Of a stretch of DNA of 64,000 nt, positions 1 through 12,400 are shown in pieces. The notes below the pieces were generated by a model, which made no database searches, was not told the DNA's origin, and saw only the letters and a program-made list of their open reading frames with translations. This DNA is from Rebecca billardiae RCC1528. Lineage: Eukaryota; Protista; Haptophyta. How positions within the stretch are numbered: position 1 is the first letter of the stretch; each line of letters opens with the position of its first letter. Location: assembly GCA_965240325.2 (NCBI GenBank), contig OZ251229.1, positions 2,294,001 to 2,358,000 of the forward strand. The letters run 5' to 3'. Both the position numbers and the translations under genes were made by a program.

Positions 1-991
1 TTGGCCGTGCTCGTCTCCTCGCCCCGCGGCAGCGCGTGCTCCACCTTCACGGTGTTGTTCGCCACCTTGGGCGGCGCTCTCCTCGCCGTGCGCGGCCGCT
101 CGGCCTTCTGCGCGCCACCGCCACCCGCGCCGTCGTCCGCGCTGGGCATCTCCGACGTGAACGTCGACAGCGGCGCGGCCGCCGATCCGGCGGCGCTTGC
201 GGGCGGGGGCGCTGTCGCGCCGCCGCCCACCGGCGGCGGCGCCGGCGGCTCGGGCACTGCTGGCCGCGGCGGTGGTGGCATCGGCGGCGGCGGCGCTGCG
301 GCGGCGGCTGTGTCCGCGACGGGGTCCGGCGGGGGGCGCTCCTTGAGCTTCGGGGCCGCCTTGGGGGCGGTGGACTCGCCGCTCAGCACGCGCGCGACGG
401 CGGCGGCGCGGTCGATGTTCGGATCGGTCGCTGCGGCCGCGAGCGCCTGCAGCAGCAGGTTGGTCGCCTGCGGCTCCATGCCGGCGACCACCTTGCTGGG
501 CCGCACGTCGATCTTCGTGCCCAGCGCGAAGGACACGCAGTCGGTGATCTTCTGCAGGTAGGCGATCTTGCTATCCTTGTCCTGCGCGCGCGCAGGGCCA
601 GCGAGGGCCACGGAGCAGCGATCCCTCCATGAGTACACGCACTGCGCGCGCGCGCGCCGCGCCGCGGCTGCGGCTGCAGCTGCGCCTACCTTGATGTTCG
701 AGGAGTTAGACTCCATCTCATCATAAAGGCCCTCTGCGAAGCTCGTCACCTTCGTCACCTCGGAGACAATGTCATGCAAGAAGCGGAACGGCGGCTTGCT
801 GAGCAGCGGCACTGTCAGCTTTGGCCGCTTGATCAGCGCGCCGAGCGTCGCCTGCGTCTCGGCGATCCATGGTTCCACCTGTTCGCGGGGCAGCACGCGC
901 GGGATCGCATGGGCTCGGCAAGCCGCAAAGCCGACAATCGCGCACCCGCGTCGGCGCACCGCCCACCCCCGCGCACCTCGGGCTCCGCCAT
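1..991 (-). CDS. IFT54: Intraflagellar transport protein IFT54 / TRAF3IP1 (MIP-T3), 5' part; exons 991-977, 878-690, 581-<1
   Basis: The spliced translation MAEPE|VEPWIAETQATLGALIKRPKLTVPLLSKPPFRFLHDIVSEVTKVTSFAEGLYDEMESNSSNIK|DKDSKIAYLQKITDCVSFALGTKIDVRPSKVVAGMEPQATNLLLQ matches the IFT54 N-terminal CH domain (LLSKPPFRxLHD, KxVAGxEPxxTN). Both introns are GT-AG and phase 0. The ORF track misses this gene. Confidence 0.93.
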
Positions 992-1131
992 CTCCACCGA
1001 CAAGCCAGCTAACGGCCCGCACATATTTCAAAATCCGACCAGAGGAAAAAACGACAAATCGCGCGTTTTTTTCTGGATCTAGGTTTTCGATCGCGCGCGC
1101 AATGATTTCTATTCTTTTCCCGGGCCCGTGC

Positions 1132-2061
1132 ATGACGATGGCGACATCATCATCATCATGGCTGTTCTCCATGGTTGTGGCAGCTGCTGCCACAACGTCG
1201 CGGTCGTCGCATGCGCCGCGGTGCACCCGATGGGGCGCAACCATGCAGCTTGCAACCATGTCTTCCCGTGTGTGGGCCGCGCCGAGGACGACGATGGCGG
1301 TTCGCATGGACGCTGCCTCAGATGCTGACGTACCGGACGGATCTGAGGGGGAGCCGCAGGAGCTCGACATGCAGCTGCTCTCCAAGCGCATCGCGGCGAT
1401 CAGCTCGCAGCAGAGCAACGCCGTGGAGCTACCGATTCTTGTGCTCGACGCAATGCTCCCTCGCCAGCGCCTGTGTATCTCCATGGACGACGATGCCGGC
1501 CTGCGCATGCTCAACGACGCTCTGGAGAGGCACGACGGCGAGCTGGGCGTGCACGGCATGGATCCAAGCACCGGCGGGGTGCTCCCCGTAGGCACACAAG
1601 TGAAGATCGTGGAGCACAGCGGCCGCAACATCTGCATCGTCGGGCAGCGGCGGTACGACCTCGTGGCTCGACCGACCCTGCATGACGACACCTACTACAC
1701 CTGCGAGATCAGCTGGTGTGAGCGCGACGAGGGGAGTGCGAGCGACGTCGCGGCTGCGCGCGAGCTCGAGGCCCTCGTGGACCAGTGGCTCGAGCTCGTG
1801 CGTAAAGGTGGGTTCGAGCGCGAGCCCAACCAGATGGATGAGGTGCTCAAGGACCTCGGGCCCAGGCCCTCCCCTGAAGACCCAGACGAATTTGCCTTCT
1901 GGGTGGCTGCGCTCGTTAACCCGCTGCCCGCGCTTGGCGTCGCATTCGAAATTCGGCCGTTCGTGCTCAAAGCCGAGAGCGCCGAAGAAAGGCTGCAAAT
2001 CGTCCGGCGGGGGCTCGAAACCAGCATTGGCCACCTCGATGGCTCGTCGCCGCTGTGGTGA
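1132..2061 (+). CDS. Lon-protease N-terminal (substrate-binding, PUA-like) domain protein with putative N-terminal targeting peptide
   Basis: Motifs LPILVLDAMLPRQRL, GTQVKI, IVGQRRY and FAFWVAALVNPLPALGVAFEIRP..L...SAEERL. The start was moved from 769 to ATG 1132 because 769-991 overlaps IFT54 exons. Confidence 0.8.
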   Translation: MTMATSSSSWLFSMVVAAAATTSRSSHAPRCTRWGATMQLATMSSRVWAAPRTTMAVRMDAASDADVPDGSEGEPQELDMQLLSKRIAAISSQQSNAVELPILVLDAMLPRQRLCISMDDDAGLRMLNDALERHDGELGVHGMDPSTGGVLPVGTQVKIVEHSGRNICIVGQRRYDLVARPTLHDDTYYTCEISWCERDEGSASDVAAARELEALVDQWLELVRKGGFEREPNQMDEVLKDLGPRPSPEDPDEFAFWVAALVNPLPALGVAFEIRPFVLKAESAEERLQIVRRGLETSIGHLDGSSPLW

Positions 2062-2976
2062 TCGGCGCCTACGCAGCTCAAGCTGCTGTACAGCGCCTCG
2101 ACTTGACTAGTCCGGGCTTGCAGTTCAGCAGTTGCACGTCACAGTGTCAGTGAATCAGGCTCGGACTCCGTCACTCACTCCGCGGTCTCGGCTATGTAGC
2201 TTGGTAGCCGCCACTCAGCGCCCTCTGACCTCCGCCTCCGAGCGGGCCGGGCCGCGGTAGTCTGAGTATACTCAGCCGGCGGACTATGCCTATGGCGGAC
2301 CGTCGTCGGACCGGGGGAGCCCTCGTCGGACCGATGGTGCCTGAACTCTGAAGACTGAAGGCGACGAGCACTACGGCTCAGCGGTGATGACCCGTTATTA
2401 CGCGCAATATGACTATATACGCCGTCTCACACGGGCGGGCACTCACGGCAGTAGTGTGACTATGCTGCCAGTGGCAGTGTGTGCCGGCTCGTCCGAATAT
2501 AAGTTTCTCAGTCGTAGTATATATATATATAGTTATTACTATACACGGATCGATTATTCCCGCCTGAATCATCACTGTCAGCCCGGTCACTCCTGCAGAG
2601 TGCCAAGTGCAGTCTGCTGCGACTCAGACGCCCCGCATCCGAGGCATCACTACCGTCTGTCGCGGATGACCGATTGTCATTTGTGACATTGACGCCGCGG
2701 TAATACGCTATACATCATTGTAGTTAGTATAATTAATCATCCGTCTCGCAGTCGCACTCGCAGACGTCCGGAGTGACGAGTTACCGCCGGAAGTCGTCGC
2801 GGCGCGGAGCCAGAGTGCCGCCCCTTCCGGGCGTAGCCTTCCGATCGGGCTTCGACGAGGCAGAGCGAACTGCGGCGGCCGGGTGACTGGAACTCTCGTC
2901 TCTCGACTGCGAGCCCAGTGCCCCAACGCTGGATAGCCGTCACAAGAGACTTCTGTCAAAGACTGTTAGGGTCGAT

Positions 2977-3927
2977 CTACAAGAGCATCGAGAGCAAGTA
3001 GTCTTCAAAGTCGTCAGCGCGCTTCACCTCCGACGTGTCGGCAGCTACCGACTCCTCGGTAGCGCCCCAAATGCTGGTCGCGTCTGCACCATTGGCGGCC
3101 GGAGTGACGGCTGTGGCTCGGGGCGTGTCCGCCGACGTCGTGCCGCCTCCGCATGCTGCGGCCGCGGGGGCCGCTGCGGATGCTTTGTGGCTGGCTGGAG
3201 CCGCGCGCTCAGGGCTGCGCCGTAGGACCGAGGTGTGGGGGTTTTCATCGGCGTCAAGCGAGTCCAGGCGTCTCTTCGACCCGCGGGCCGCGTGGCTCGG
3301 CGGCTTCGCCTCGTTGTGCTGAAAGCGGTGGTTGAGCTTGCGCGCGCAACTCTCACACGCGCGCAGCTTGACAAGCGTGCTCCTGCGCTCACTGCGCTCG
3401 ACGTAGCGGAAGTTCACCTCGTAGCTCTTCAGGCCGACGGTCTCGCCGCAGGTGCGCGAGCCGCAAACGAACTGGCCCTTGCCATCGACCACCTCGCGCT
3501 CGGTGCGCCAGCGGAGGCCGACTTGCCCCGACTCGTAGCGCGAGAGGTCGGCAATCGCATATTCTTTGAACAGGCGGTCGTAGTACAACTTGGCCACGCG
3601 TTCCTCCCACGACAGACCGTCGGCCTTCGAGGCGCCGTCCTCGGCGCGCCAGACGAAGCGCGAATGCTCCCGCACCACGTCGTACTCGCTGCGGGCCGGG
3701 GCGCTCTGCGCCGCTGCGCGTGCCCCAGATGCGAGCCGGCCGCCATACTCGGCCATGAAGCGCTTGTGGCGCGCATACGCCGTCTCGCCGTCGTGCACCG
3801 ACGGCAAGCGGCGTAGCTCTCGCGCCGTGATGCTCTGGCGGTCGACTGGGCGCTCCGCATCCCGCGCGGGAGGCCGATTCACATAGGAGGACCGTCCGTC
3901 CACCAGGGAGATGAGATGGTCCGCCAT
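2977..3927 (-). CDS. FRA10AC1: FRA10AC1 homolog
   Basis: WEERVAKLYYDRLFKEYAIADLSRYESGQVGLRWRTEREVVDGKGQFVCGSRTC...LKSYEVNFRYVE...TLVKLRACESCARKLN and the C-terminal FEDYLLSMLL are diagnostic. Start at ATG 3927 (MADHLIS). Confidence 0.93.
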   Translation of the reverse strand: MADHLISLVDGRSSYVNRPPARDAERPVDRQSITARELRRLPSVHDGETAYARHKRFMAEYGGRLASGARAAAQSAPARSEYDVVREHSRFVWRAEDGASKADGLSWEERVAKLYYDRLFKEYAIADLSRYESGQVGLRWRTEREVVDGKGQFVCGSRTCGETVGLKSYEVNFRYVERSERRSTLVKLRACESCARKLNHRFQHNEAKPPSHAARGSKRRLDSLDADENPHTSVLRRSPERAAPASHKASAAAPAAAACGGGTTSADTPRATAVTPAANGADATSIWGATEESVAADTSEVKRADDFEDYLLSMLL

Positions 3928-4179
3928 GCTTTCGGCGGGTCGCGACTGCGAGTTTCTTTTTCTTCGGGCGGAGTTGTGGCGACGGATATTCCGGTTATCC
4001 GGTAGTTGCCAGTGCGCGACGACGACGACGGGTGACGGCCTGACGGGTGGTTCGCGGGCTCGGCTCCGCTGCTTGCTCAAAAAAGCCGCCTGCCCGGGGC
4101 CCTGCCGCTGGGCTGCCGGGAACACCCAGCGCGCTCGTCGGACCGGCTGCCGGACGACCGACGACAGTCGCCGGTCGGG

Positions 4180-5422
4180 ATGCGAGGCTCGGCACTGCGC
4201 GGCACGCCGCTCGTCATGGCCGTCGTGGCATCGGCCGCGCTCGGCGTCGCCGGCATGGGCGCCAAGTCGTGCGACGGCGACTACTGCATCGACACAGCGT
4301 GGTGCAACGGGCAGAAATGTGGCGCGTACAACCTGCACGTGCCCGCGAGCGAGCACGACGCGAAGGCGTACGTCAAGTGCAAGAGCTTCAAGAACGCCAA
4401 CGTCAAGAACGTGGACAAGAGCAGCGAAGACGCCTTCTGCGTCTCGCAGGACACGTCAAAGCGCGGCTTCAAGTGCTTTGACGATCGCAGCGGCGGCTGG
4501 GTGGGCAGTATCTTCGACTTCCTGGGGGGGAACCGCGCGCTGATGGTGGAGGACTCGCTTACGCTCAACGCTACCAACTGCGAGACACTCGACCTCGGCG
4601 AAGTGCAAGGCGGCCTCGCCTTCCTCGCGGGCCGGTGCTGCGCGGGCGAGGCGATCCAGTGTCACACGGAGTCGTGCAAGATGGCGTTCGAGCCGAAGGG
4701 GTGGAGCTTCACCTCGTCGCCCGTCTCGATCATGCTGGCGATCTGCTCGATCGTCCACCTGCTCTCCTCCGGCAGGTGCATCCTCTTCGCCGAGCGGCTC
4801 ATCGCCGACATGCCGTCCGCGGACGACATGGCGCCGCTCGACAAAAAGGCGTTCAAGAATATCATCACGATGCTCGGCGCCGCGCACGGCGGGTTCGCGG
4901 CCGTGCTCGTCTTCGGCGCGCTGCAGGACTGGTACTACGGCAAGTGCCAGATCGCGCTCGCCGCGCTCGCGTGGTACGGCGTGCTAGGCCCCATCGCCGA
5001 GGCGATGCAGCACGGCTCGAAACCGTATGCGCTCTCGCATTACCTCAACGTGTGCATCTCGGTCTCCAAGGGCGAGTGCGGCGGCAAGCCGCCCAAGCTC
5101 AACTACATGATGCTGTGCGTGGGCATGCTCGTCGCGATCGGGGTGTGCGCCGCAGCGCGACAGCGCGCCGCGCGACATGCACGCCCGCGCCGGGCGCGGT
5201 GCGTCGCACTCGCGGTGTTGCGCCCACCGACTCGCGCGCGCGTTTGCGCGCATCCGCGCGCCTGATGCTGCTGCGGCACCGCAGGTGGAGGCCATCACGT
5301 CGCAGACGCTCATGTTCATCGCGGCGGCGGGCATGATCACCGTCGGCTTCATCGCCTCGGTGATCGTCTCGCAGTTGGTGCCTTCGGACAAGCTTCCGGA
5401 GACCATCAACGAAATGCGCTGA
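4180..5422 (+). CDS. Hypothetical membrane protein: signal peptide, Cys-rich ectodomain, ~5 hydrophobic helices; exons 4180-5142, 5285-5422
   Basis: Strong GC3 coding bias and a hydrophobic N-terminus. A phase-0 GT..CAG intron at 5143-5284 joins to VEAITSQTLMFIAAAGMITVGFIASVIV. Confidence 0.7.
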
Positions 5423-6063
5423 TTGGTCGCCGTGCAACTGCCAGTCGGCTCACTCGTCGCCGACGGCGGCGCCAGTGCCTGTGGACAGTCTTCGAGTACG
5501 GCGAGCGTCGCCCATGTGGGCTGGCCGCTTGGGGTTCGCCGCCCCCGCAGACGTGGCGCGCCCTCTGCCTACGCGATCGATGCCACTTTGGCGGGGCCAA
5601 GGCCTTCAGCTCTCGTCCGATGGCGAGCTCAGGCCGGACGCCGACGCGGATGCCGACTTGCGCCTGATGCGGCGGACAGGCGACAGCGGACACTGGGCAC
5701 ACTGGCCGCGGACAACCTGAGCCGGTCTGCCGGACAGGCGACGGTGCCTCTGCCGTGACTGCCAGGGCTACGGAACTTACAGAGAACTGCTTCATAAGGA
5801 GCAATATGTACTCAGGTTATGGTCTGATACGTGTCTGCGGTTACACTTTCGGCGCTTAGGTCACTGACTCGGACTGGCACCATCATGCTGCTAAGCCATG
5901 TCAGTCCCATCGCGCCGGCAGGGAGCCGCAGGGCTGACCGGTGTCAGGACCGTGCCGCGCCGGAGTCGGCTCGGCCCGATGACGTTCTTGGGCCAAGGCT
6001 CGAGACGGAGCCTGCTGGCACGTACACGAGCGTCGGAATCAATGCTTCCTCAATATCATGACG

Positions 6064-6243
6064 CTAGCGCTCGCGCACGACACTCGAGACCGCAAAGACC
6101 GTGCCCATGAACGCCCCAGCCTGCGCTGCTTGCGCGGTGTTCAGCGCGGCACCGCGGGTCATGAGAGTGTGCACGACGACACCGCCCGCGCCAACAACGG
6201 AGCCCATGACAAAGTGTGTCAGCATGGCAGAAATGGACGGCAT
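6064..6243 (-). CDS. ROMO1/Mgr2-like small mitochondrial membrane protein (59 aa)
   Basis: MPSISAMLTHFVMGSVVGAGG...AGAFMGTVFAVSSVVR resembles the Gly-rich FxMGxxVG / GxFxxxxxxxR pattern of ROMO1/Mgr2. Confidence 0.6.
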   Translation of the reverse strand: MPSISAMLTHFVMGSVVGAGGVVVHTLMTRGAALNTAQAAQAGAFMGTVFAVSSVVRER

Positions 6244-6462
6244 GTTTGAAGTCTCGTGTGGCGCGCCACGGAAAGTCGACAACTCGACGGCGATCGTCGT
6301 CGCGCCGGGGTGCGTCGCGACCGACCGAGCGGGAGGGGGCCCACGACTTTTATGCGCGCTTATTGCTGTCGATTTGTCGTGAAAAATCATCAGGCGGCGG
6401 CAGCCATCGTTGATGAACAGTTTGACTGCGCTGCTCGACCAACGGTCAAAGACGGCGCGCTC

Positions 6463-9400
6463 ATGCTGCTGGCGGCCTCAGCAGCCTGGCTCCTGCTGTC
6501 GCAGGCGGCGCCAGGCGCGCTGCCCGCGGCGAGCGGCCGCCCCTTCCCGTGGCGCCGAGGGCTGCAAGGTTTGTAGCGCCATGCGTCATCCTGCCCGCAC
6601 GCCGTGACGCTCGTTGCGGCCTCGTCTCACACGCGTCGGGCGCGCGCACGCGCCTTGCCCGCGCGGGTTCGCGCAGACACGGGTGGAGTGGCGAATGCGC
6701 GGCTGATCCGCGAGGTGAATCCGCCGTACGGCAGCGTACAGGGCACGACGGAAGTCTCGATTACTGCCGACTTCTCCGACGCGCGCCCAGGGGCGCAGGC
6801 GCACTGCAGATTCGGGGACACACACGTGGTAGCAGTCGTTGTCGGCTCGAGCACACTGCGCTGCATCGCGCCGCAGGCGGACGCCACTGGTGCGTGGCGG
6901 GGCGCGCGCCTGCGGGCTCCGTCGCACACGCCTCGCCCGGCGCGTCACCCACCCCGCGCCCACCCGCCCCACCGACCCGCCCGCCCGCCGCCGCCGCCGA
7001 GCAGGCCAGGTCTTCGTCTCGGCGAGCGTCGGCGCGCTGCAGTTCCGCACTCACGGTCCGTCCTTCACCTACTACGACCCGTACGCGCTGCCGGAGGTGC
7101 TCTCCGTCGAGCCGAGAGCCGCGGCGGTGGACTCGGGCGCTGCGGTCACAGTGCACGGCTCCAACTTCGCCGCGACGGGCGTCCGGCTCGTCTGCGAGTT
7201 CGGCTCGATCCGCGCGCTCGCGCCCGCCGCGTTTGTGGACAGTGGAAAGGTGCTCTGCACGGCGCCCATCACGACGCGGCCGCAGTCGGTGGACGTGCGC
7301 GTGGCGACGGACGGCAGCTCGTTCTCGGAGAGCTCGGCGCAGTTCACCCTCTTCGACGAGCGCGCCCCGCCGCGCATCGACTCCGTCACGCCGCAGTGCG
7401 CGGGCCGCTCCGCGCCGTCGACACAGATCACGATCGTCGGATCCAATCTGCGGCCGGGCGCGGGGCTCGGCTGCGCGTTCGGTGAGCTGCCGCTGCAGCC
7501 GGCGACGTTCGTCACGGCGTCGGTGGTGCTGTGCATGGCGCCCGCCGCGGCGCGCGCGCCGAGGGACACGCTCGACCTGCGCCTCAGCGAGGACGGCGGG
7601 CGCACGTGGTCGGAGGCCGTGCCGTTTGTTTACTACTCGCCCGACGCGACGCCCGTCGTGCGCGACGTGCGACCGCCTTTCGCGGACAACGCGGGCGCGG
7701 CCGAGCTGCGCGTGCGCGGCGCGAACTTCGCGCCGACGGGCGCGGCGCTGCAGTGCTCGTTCGAGCGCGCGACCTCGGCCCCCGACGGCGCCGCCGCCCC
7801 GCCGTCCGGCCCCGCGCTGCGCTCGGCCGCGCGGTTCGTCTCGACGTCGGAGGTGGCGTGCGACGCGCCGCAGACCGACGCAGAGGCGACGATGCGCGTG
7901 CGCGTGAGCATCGACGGGCGCACGTTCGGCACGTCGGACGGCTCGGTGGTGCTGTACGACGCGGAGCTGCCGCCGCTCGTGCGCGAGGTGCGCCCCGCGT
8001 ACGGCACGCTCGCCGGCGCGTCCGGCGTCGCGGGCCGCGGCGGCGCGGTCACGATCGTCGCGGAGAACATCGCGCCCGTCAAGGACGGGCTGGACTGCCG
8101 GTTCGGCGAGCTCGGCGACGTGCCCGCGTCCTTCGTGGACGAGCACACGGCGCTGTGCGCGCCGCCGGCGTCGGGCCGGCCGCGCACGGTCGAGGTGGCG
8201 CTCGCCTTCGACGGCGTCCACTTCTCGCACAGCCACCGCCCGTACACGTACTACGACGCGGCGCGCGGCGCGCACGTCGACGCGCTCGACCCGGGCGCGG
8301 GCGAGCTGCACGCGCGCACGCGCGTGACGGTGCTCGGCTCCAACTTCTACCCGGCGCCGCAGCTGCTGTGCGCGCTCGAGCCGGCGGCGCCGCGCGGGGG
8401 CAGCGGCGCCGCACTCGCCGCGCCGCCCGCCCAGCCCCTGCCGAGCACCGTGCGCGCCGAGTTCCTCTCCTCCGACCGGATCGCGTGCGAGCTGCCCGCC
8501 GCGACCGAGCCTTCGGCCGCGCTCGTTTCTGTTCTGGAGGAGGAGAGTGCCAACGGTCGCTCCTCGGCGGTGCTCGAGCACAACGCGATGCGCTTCGAGT
8601 ACTACGACGCGACGGCGGCGCCGACGCTCTCGCGGATCACGCCCGCGCTCGGCGCGTACGACGCGTCCACGCGCGTCACGCTCGAGGGCGCGGGCTTCGT
8701 GCCGGCCGGCCGCCGCCTCGTGTGTCAGTTTGGCGAGGCGCGCGTGGTCGCGCGATTCGTCTCGGCGTCGCTCGCCGAGTGCGACGCGCCGCCCGTCGCG
8801 GATGGCGCGGCGACGGGCGGCGCGGAGGACGGCTCGCTGGGCGACGTGGACGTCGGCATCTCCATCGACGCCGGCGGCTCGTTCGCCACGCTGCGCGCCG
8901 CATTCACCTACTGGGACGCGCACAACGTGCCGCGCGTGATCTCGGTCGAGCCAAAATTCGTCTCGGTGACAGAGCGCGCGCCGGTCGTCGCGGTGCGCAC
9001 GGCGAACAGCGCGCCGACGGCGGCGCTCGCGTGCGCGTGGGGCGCGGCGGGGCGCACGCCGGGCGCGTACCTCGGCGCCGGCCTCGTGCAGTGCGCCGTC
9101 CCCGCCGCGGAGGTGGGCGAGGAGCTGCCGCTGCAGCTCACCACCGACGGTGTGCACCTGAGCGACGAGTTAGGTGCGGCCGTGCGAGTGTACGACTCGA
9201 CGCGCGCGCCCGCCGCCGCGCGCGCGGTGCCCGCCGCGGTGCCGGTGGGCTCGCGCGCGACGGTGCGCGTGCTCGGGCACAACCTCGCGCCGACGGGCGC
9301 GGTGCGCTGCGAGCTCTCGCCCGCCGCCGACTCGGCCGTGCACACCGTCTCGGTCGCGGCCGCGGACGGCGGCGCGCGCGATTCGCTCGAGGTGAGCGGC

Positions 9401-12400
9401 ACGCTCGCCGACTCGAGCACGGTGCTGTGCGCGCTGCCAGCGTTCGACAAGCCGCAGACGCTCGAGCTCGGGCTGACGCTCGACGGCGGCGCGCACGTGA
9501 GCGAGTCCGCCGCGCGGCTCACCGTGTACGACGCGGACGCGCCCGCCGGCGTGACCAGCGTCGAGCCCGCGTACGGCGACGTTGCGCACCCGCCAGAGCT
9601 GAGCGTTCGCGGGTATAACTTTGGCGCCGGCTCGCGCGGCAGGGGCGGCGGCCGACGGCTGGCGAGCGGGCACAACGTGTGCTGCCTATTCGGCGAGCGG
9701 CTCTCCGCGCCGGCGCGCTTCGTGAGCGAGACCGAGCTGGCGTGCGTCGCGCCGCGGGCCGCCGCGCCCGGCTCCGCGCTCGTGCGCGTCTCGACGGACG
9801 GGTGCGCGGGCCGCGCGCCGCCCGAGGCCGAAGGGGCGCTGTTCACGTATTTCGACGGAGCGTACGCGCCCGCCGTGGACGCGGTGAGCCCGGCGGTGAC
9901 GGGCGCGCGCGCGCGCGCGGCGCTCGAGGTGCGCGTGCGCAACGCCGCGCCCACGCCCGGGCTGGTGTGCACCTTCGAGTCCCTCGGCGCCTCGCCCGCC
10001 ACATTCGTCGCGTCCGGGCTGGTCGAGTGCGCCGCGCCGCAGTCGGATGTGTCGCGCACCGTCGTGGTGCGCGTCTCGCGCGGCGGCGGCGCGTCGCTCC
10101 CGCCGCTGCCCGACGAGGGCGGCGAGGCGAGGCGCGACCAGCTGACGCTCGCGGACCTCGAGAGCGCGCCGCTCGCCAAGGAGTGCTCGCCGCGCGCGAT
10201 GCCCGCCGGCACGGGCGGCGCGGTCGCGGTGATGGGCGCGGGCTTTGCGCGCCCGGCCGCGGGCGCGGTGTCATGCAGATTCGGCGCGGGCGGCTACGTG
10301 GTGCGCGGTTCGTATGTCCGGCCCAACCTGGTGCGCTGCGCGGCGCCCGCGTCGGACGAGCCGCAGACGGTCGGCGTGGGCGTGTCGCTCGACGGCGGCG
10401 CCACGTACGGCTCCTCCGCCGCCGTCTTCAGCTGGTGGGTCCGCGGCGCGCCGCCGGTGTGCACCTCGGTCACGCCCAAGTTCGCGCACCTCGGAGGCGG
10501 CGAGCTAGTGCGCGTGAGCGGCTCGGGATTCGCCGACCTGGGCGACGGGCTGCGCTGCGTGATCGGCGCGACGGAGGTGCCCGCGCGGCTCGACGTGAGC
10601 GGCGAGGTGCTCTGCGTCACGCCCGCCGCGGCCGAGCCCGCCACGCGCGGCGTGTACGTCAGCGTCGACGGGCTGACGTGCGCGGACAGCGCGGACGCGC
10701 GTCTCACGTTTTACGACGCGCTCGCGCCGCCGACGGTCGATGCGCTCGCGCCCGCGTTCGTCGAGGTGGGGCAGGGCGGGCGGCTGCGCGTGCACGGCGC
10801 GAACTTCGCGCCGACGCCGCGGCTGGGCTGCTCCTTCGGCCCGGACATCGGCACCGTCGTCGCCTCCTTCGCCTCGACCAACGCGATCTTCTGCGCCGCG
10901 CCGCCGTGGGAGCGAGACACGGTGGTCCCGGTGCGTGTCACTCTGGACGGCTCAGCCTGGTCGGCCGACGCGCCCGAGCTCGCGTACTACCGCCCGCCGT
11001 CGGTGTCGTCGGTGCAGCCGCGCGGCGGCGACGTGGGCCGCGAGACGCTCGTCGACGTGCGCGGGCGCAACTTCTTCGCCGAGCACAGCGCCTCCAACCT
11101 CTTCTGCGCGCTCGGCCCGCCGCTGGATGAGGAGGATTGGGCGGACGGCGTTGACGATGACGGTGGCGGCGGCGGCGCGAGCGGCGCCGACGCGGCCGCG
11201 CTCGCCGGGCCGTCCACGCCGGGCGGCGGCGCGCGCTCCGCGGACGAGATCGGCGCGCACGACGAGCACGGCCGGCCGCTGACGGTGCTCGGCGCGCAGC
11301 TCGTGGGCGAGACGCAGCTGCGCTGCCCCATCCCTGCGCTCGGCGTGCCGTCGACGCGGCCCCTGTACGTGTCAACGACCGGCGGCGGCGTCGACGCGCA
11401 CTGGGTGCGCGGCGAGGGCGCGGCCGGCAGCTTCTCGGCGTACGACGCGCGCGCGCCCGCGCGCATCGACGAGCTCTCGCCGCGCGCGGCGAGCGTGGAC
11501 GGCGGCGACCTGATCTCCATACTCGGCGCGAACGTGCCGCCGCCCTCTGACGGCTTCGAGCTGGTGTGCCGCTTCGGGTTTGACCACGCGAGGCACGCTG
11601 ACGCGGCGGACGCGCCGCAGCGCGGCGGCGCGCGCGCGCCGCGCTCCGCGCCGATCGTGGCGCCGGCGACGCACGTGACGGTGTCGCGGCTGCGCTGCAC
11701 GGCGCCCGCCTCGCCCGGCCGCGCCAAGGTCTCGGTGCCCGTCGAGGTCTCCACCTCGGGCGCGGGCGGCGAATGGCTGCCGGCGGGCGAGCTCACTTAC
11801 TACGACCCGCGCGAACCTCCGGTCGTCACGAGCGCCACGCCCAAGTTCGGGGCCAAGGAGGAGCGCACGGCGGTGACGGTGCACGGCGCGAACTTCGCGC
11901 CGACCGCGCGGCTGGGCTGCCTCTTCGACGGCGTGGCCGACGGCCGCGTGCGCGGCTCGTTCATCTCGCCCACCTCGATCGCGTGCCTCTCGCCGCCCGC
12001 GGACGCGCCCGGAAACTTCCAGGAAGCGCACGTGCACGTCACGCTCGACGGCGCGTCGCGCTCGCGCGGGTACGCCGAGTACGTGTACTACCTCGCGCCG
12101 GTGGTGACGTCGATCGTGCCGCGCGCGGGCCCGCTCGAGGGCGGCACGCGGCTCACCGTGCGCGGCCACCGCTTCTTCCACCTCGACGAGCTCGCGTCAC
12201 GCGGCGGCAACACACTCGTGGAGTTCGGCGTGGTGGGCGCGGGCGGCGTCGCGGTGCACGCCTCGTTCGTGGACGAGGACGACCTGCTCGTCGTCACGCC
12301 GCCGGCGCCGCGCTCGCTGCAGGGCGCGGGCTCGGTGCCCGTCTCGGTCTCGGTCACCGACGGCGCCTCCTACTCCTCGTCCGTCGTGCGCTACACGTAC

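Noticed and set aside
1-1131. Plus-strand ORFs 1-561 and 36-632, and the 769 start of the Lon-N ORF
   Set aside because: These are antisense shadows of the spliced IFT54 gene on the minus strand.
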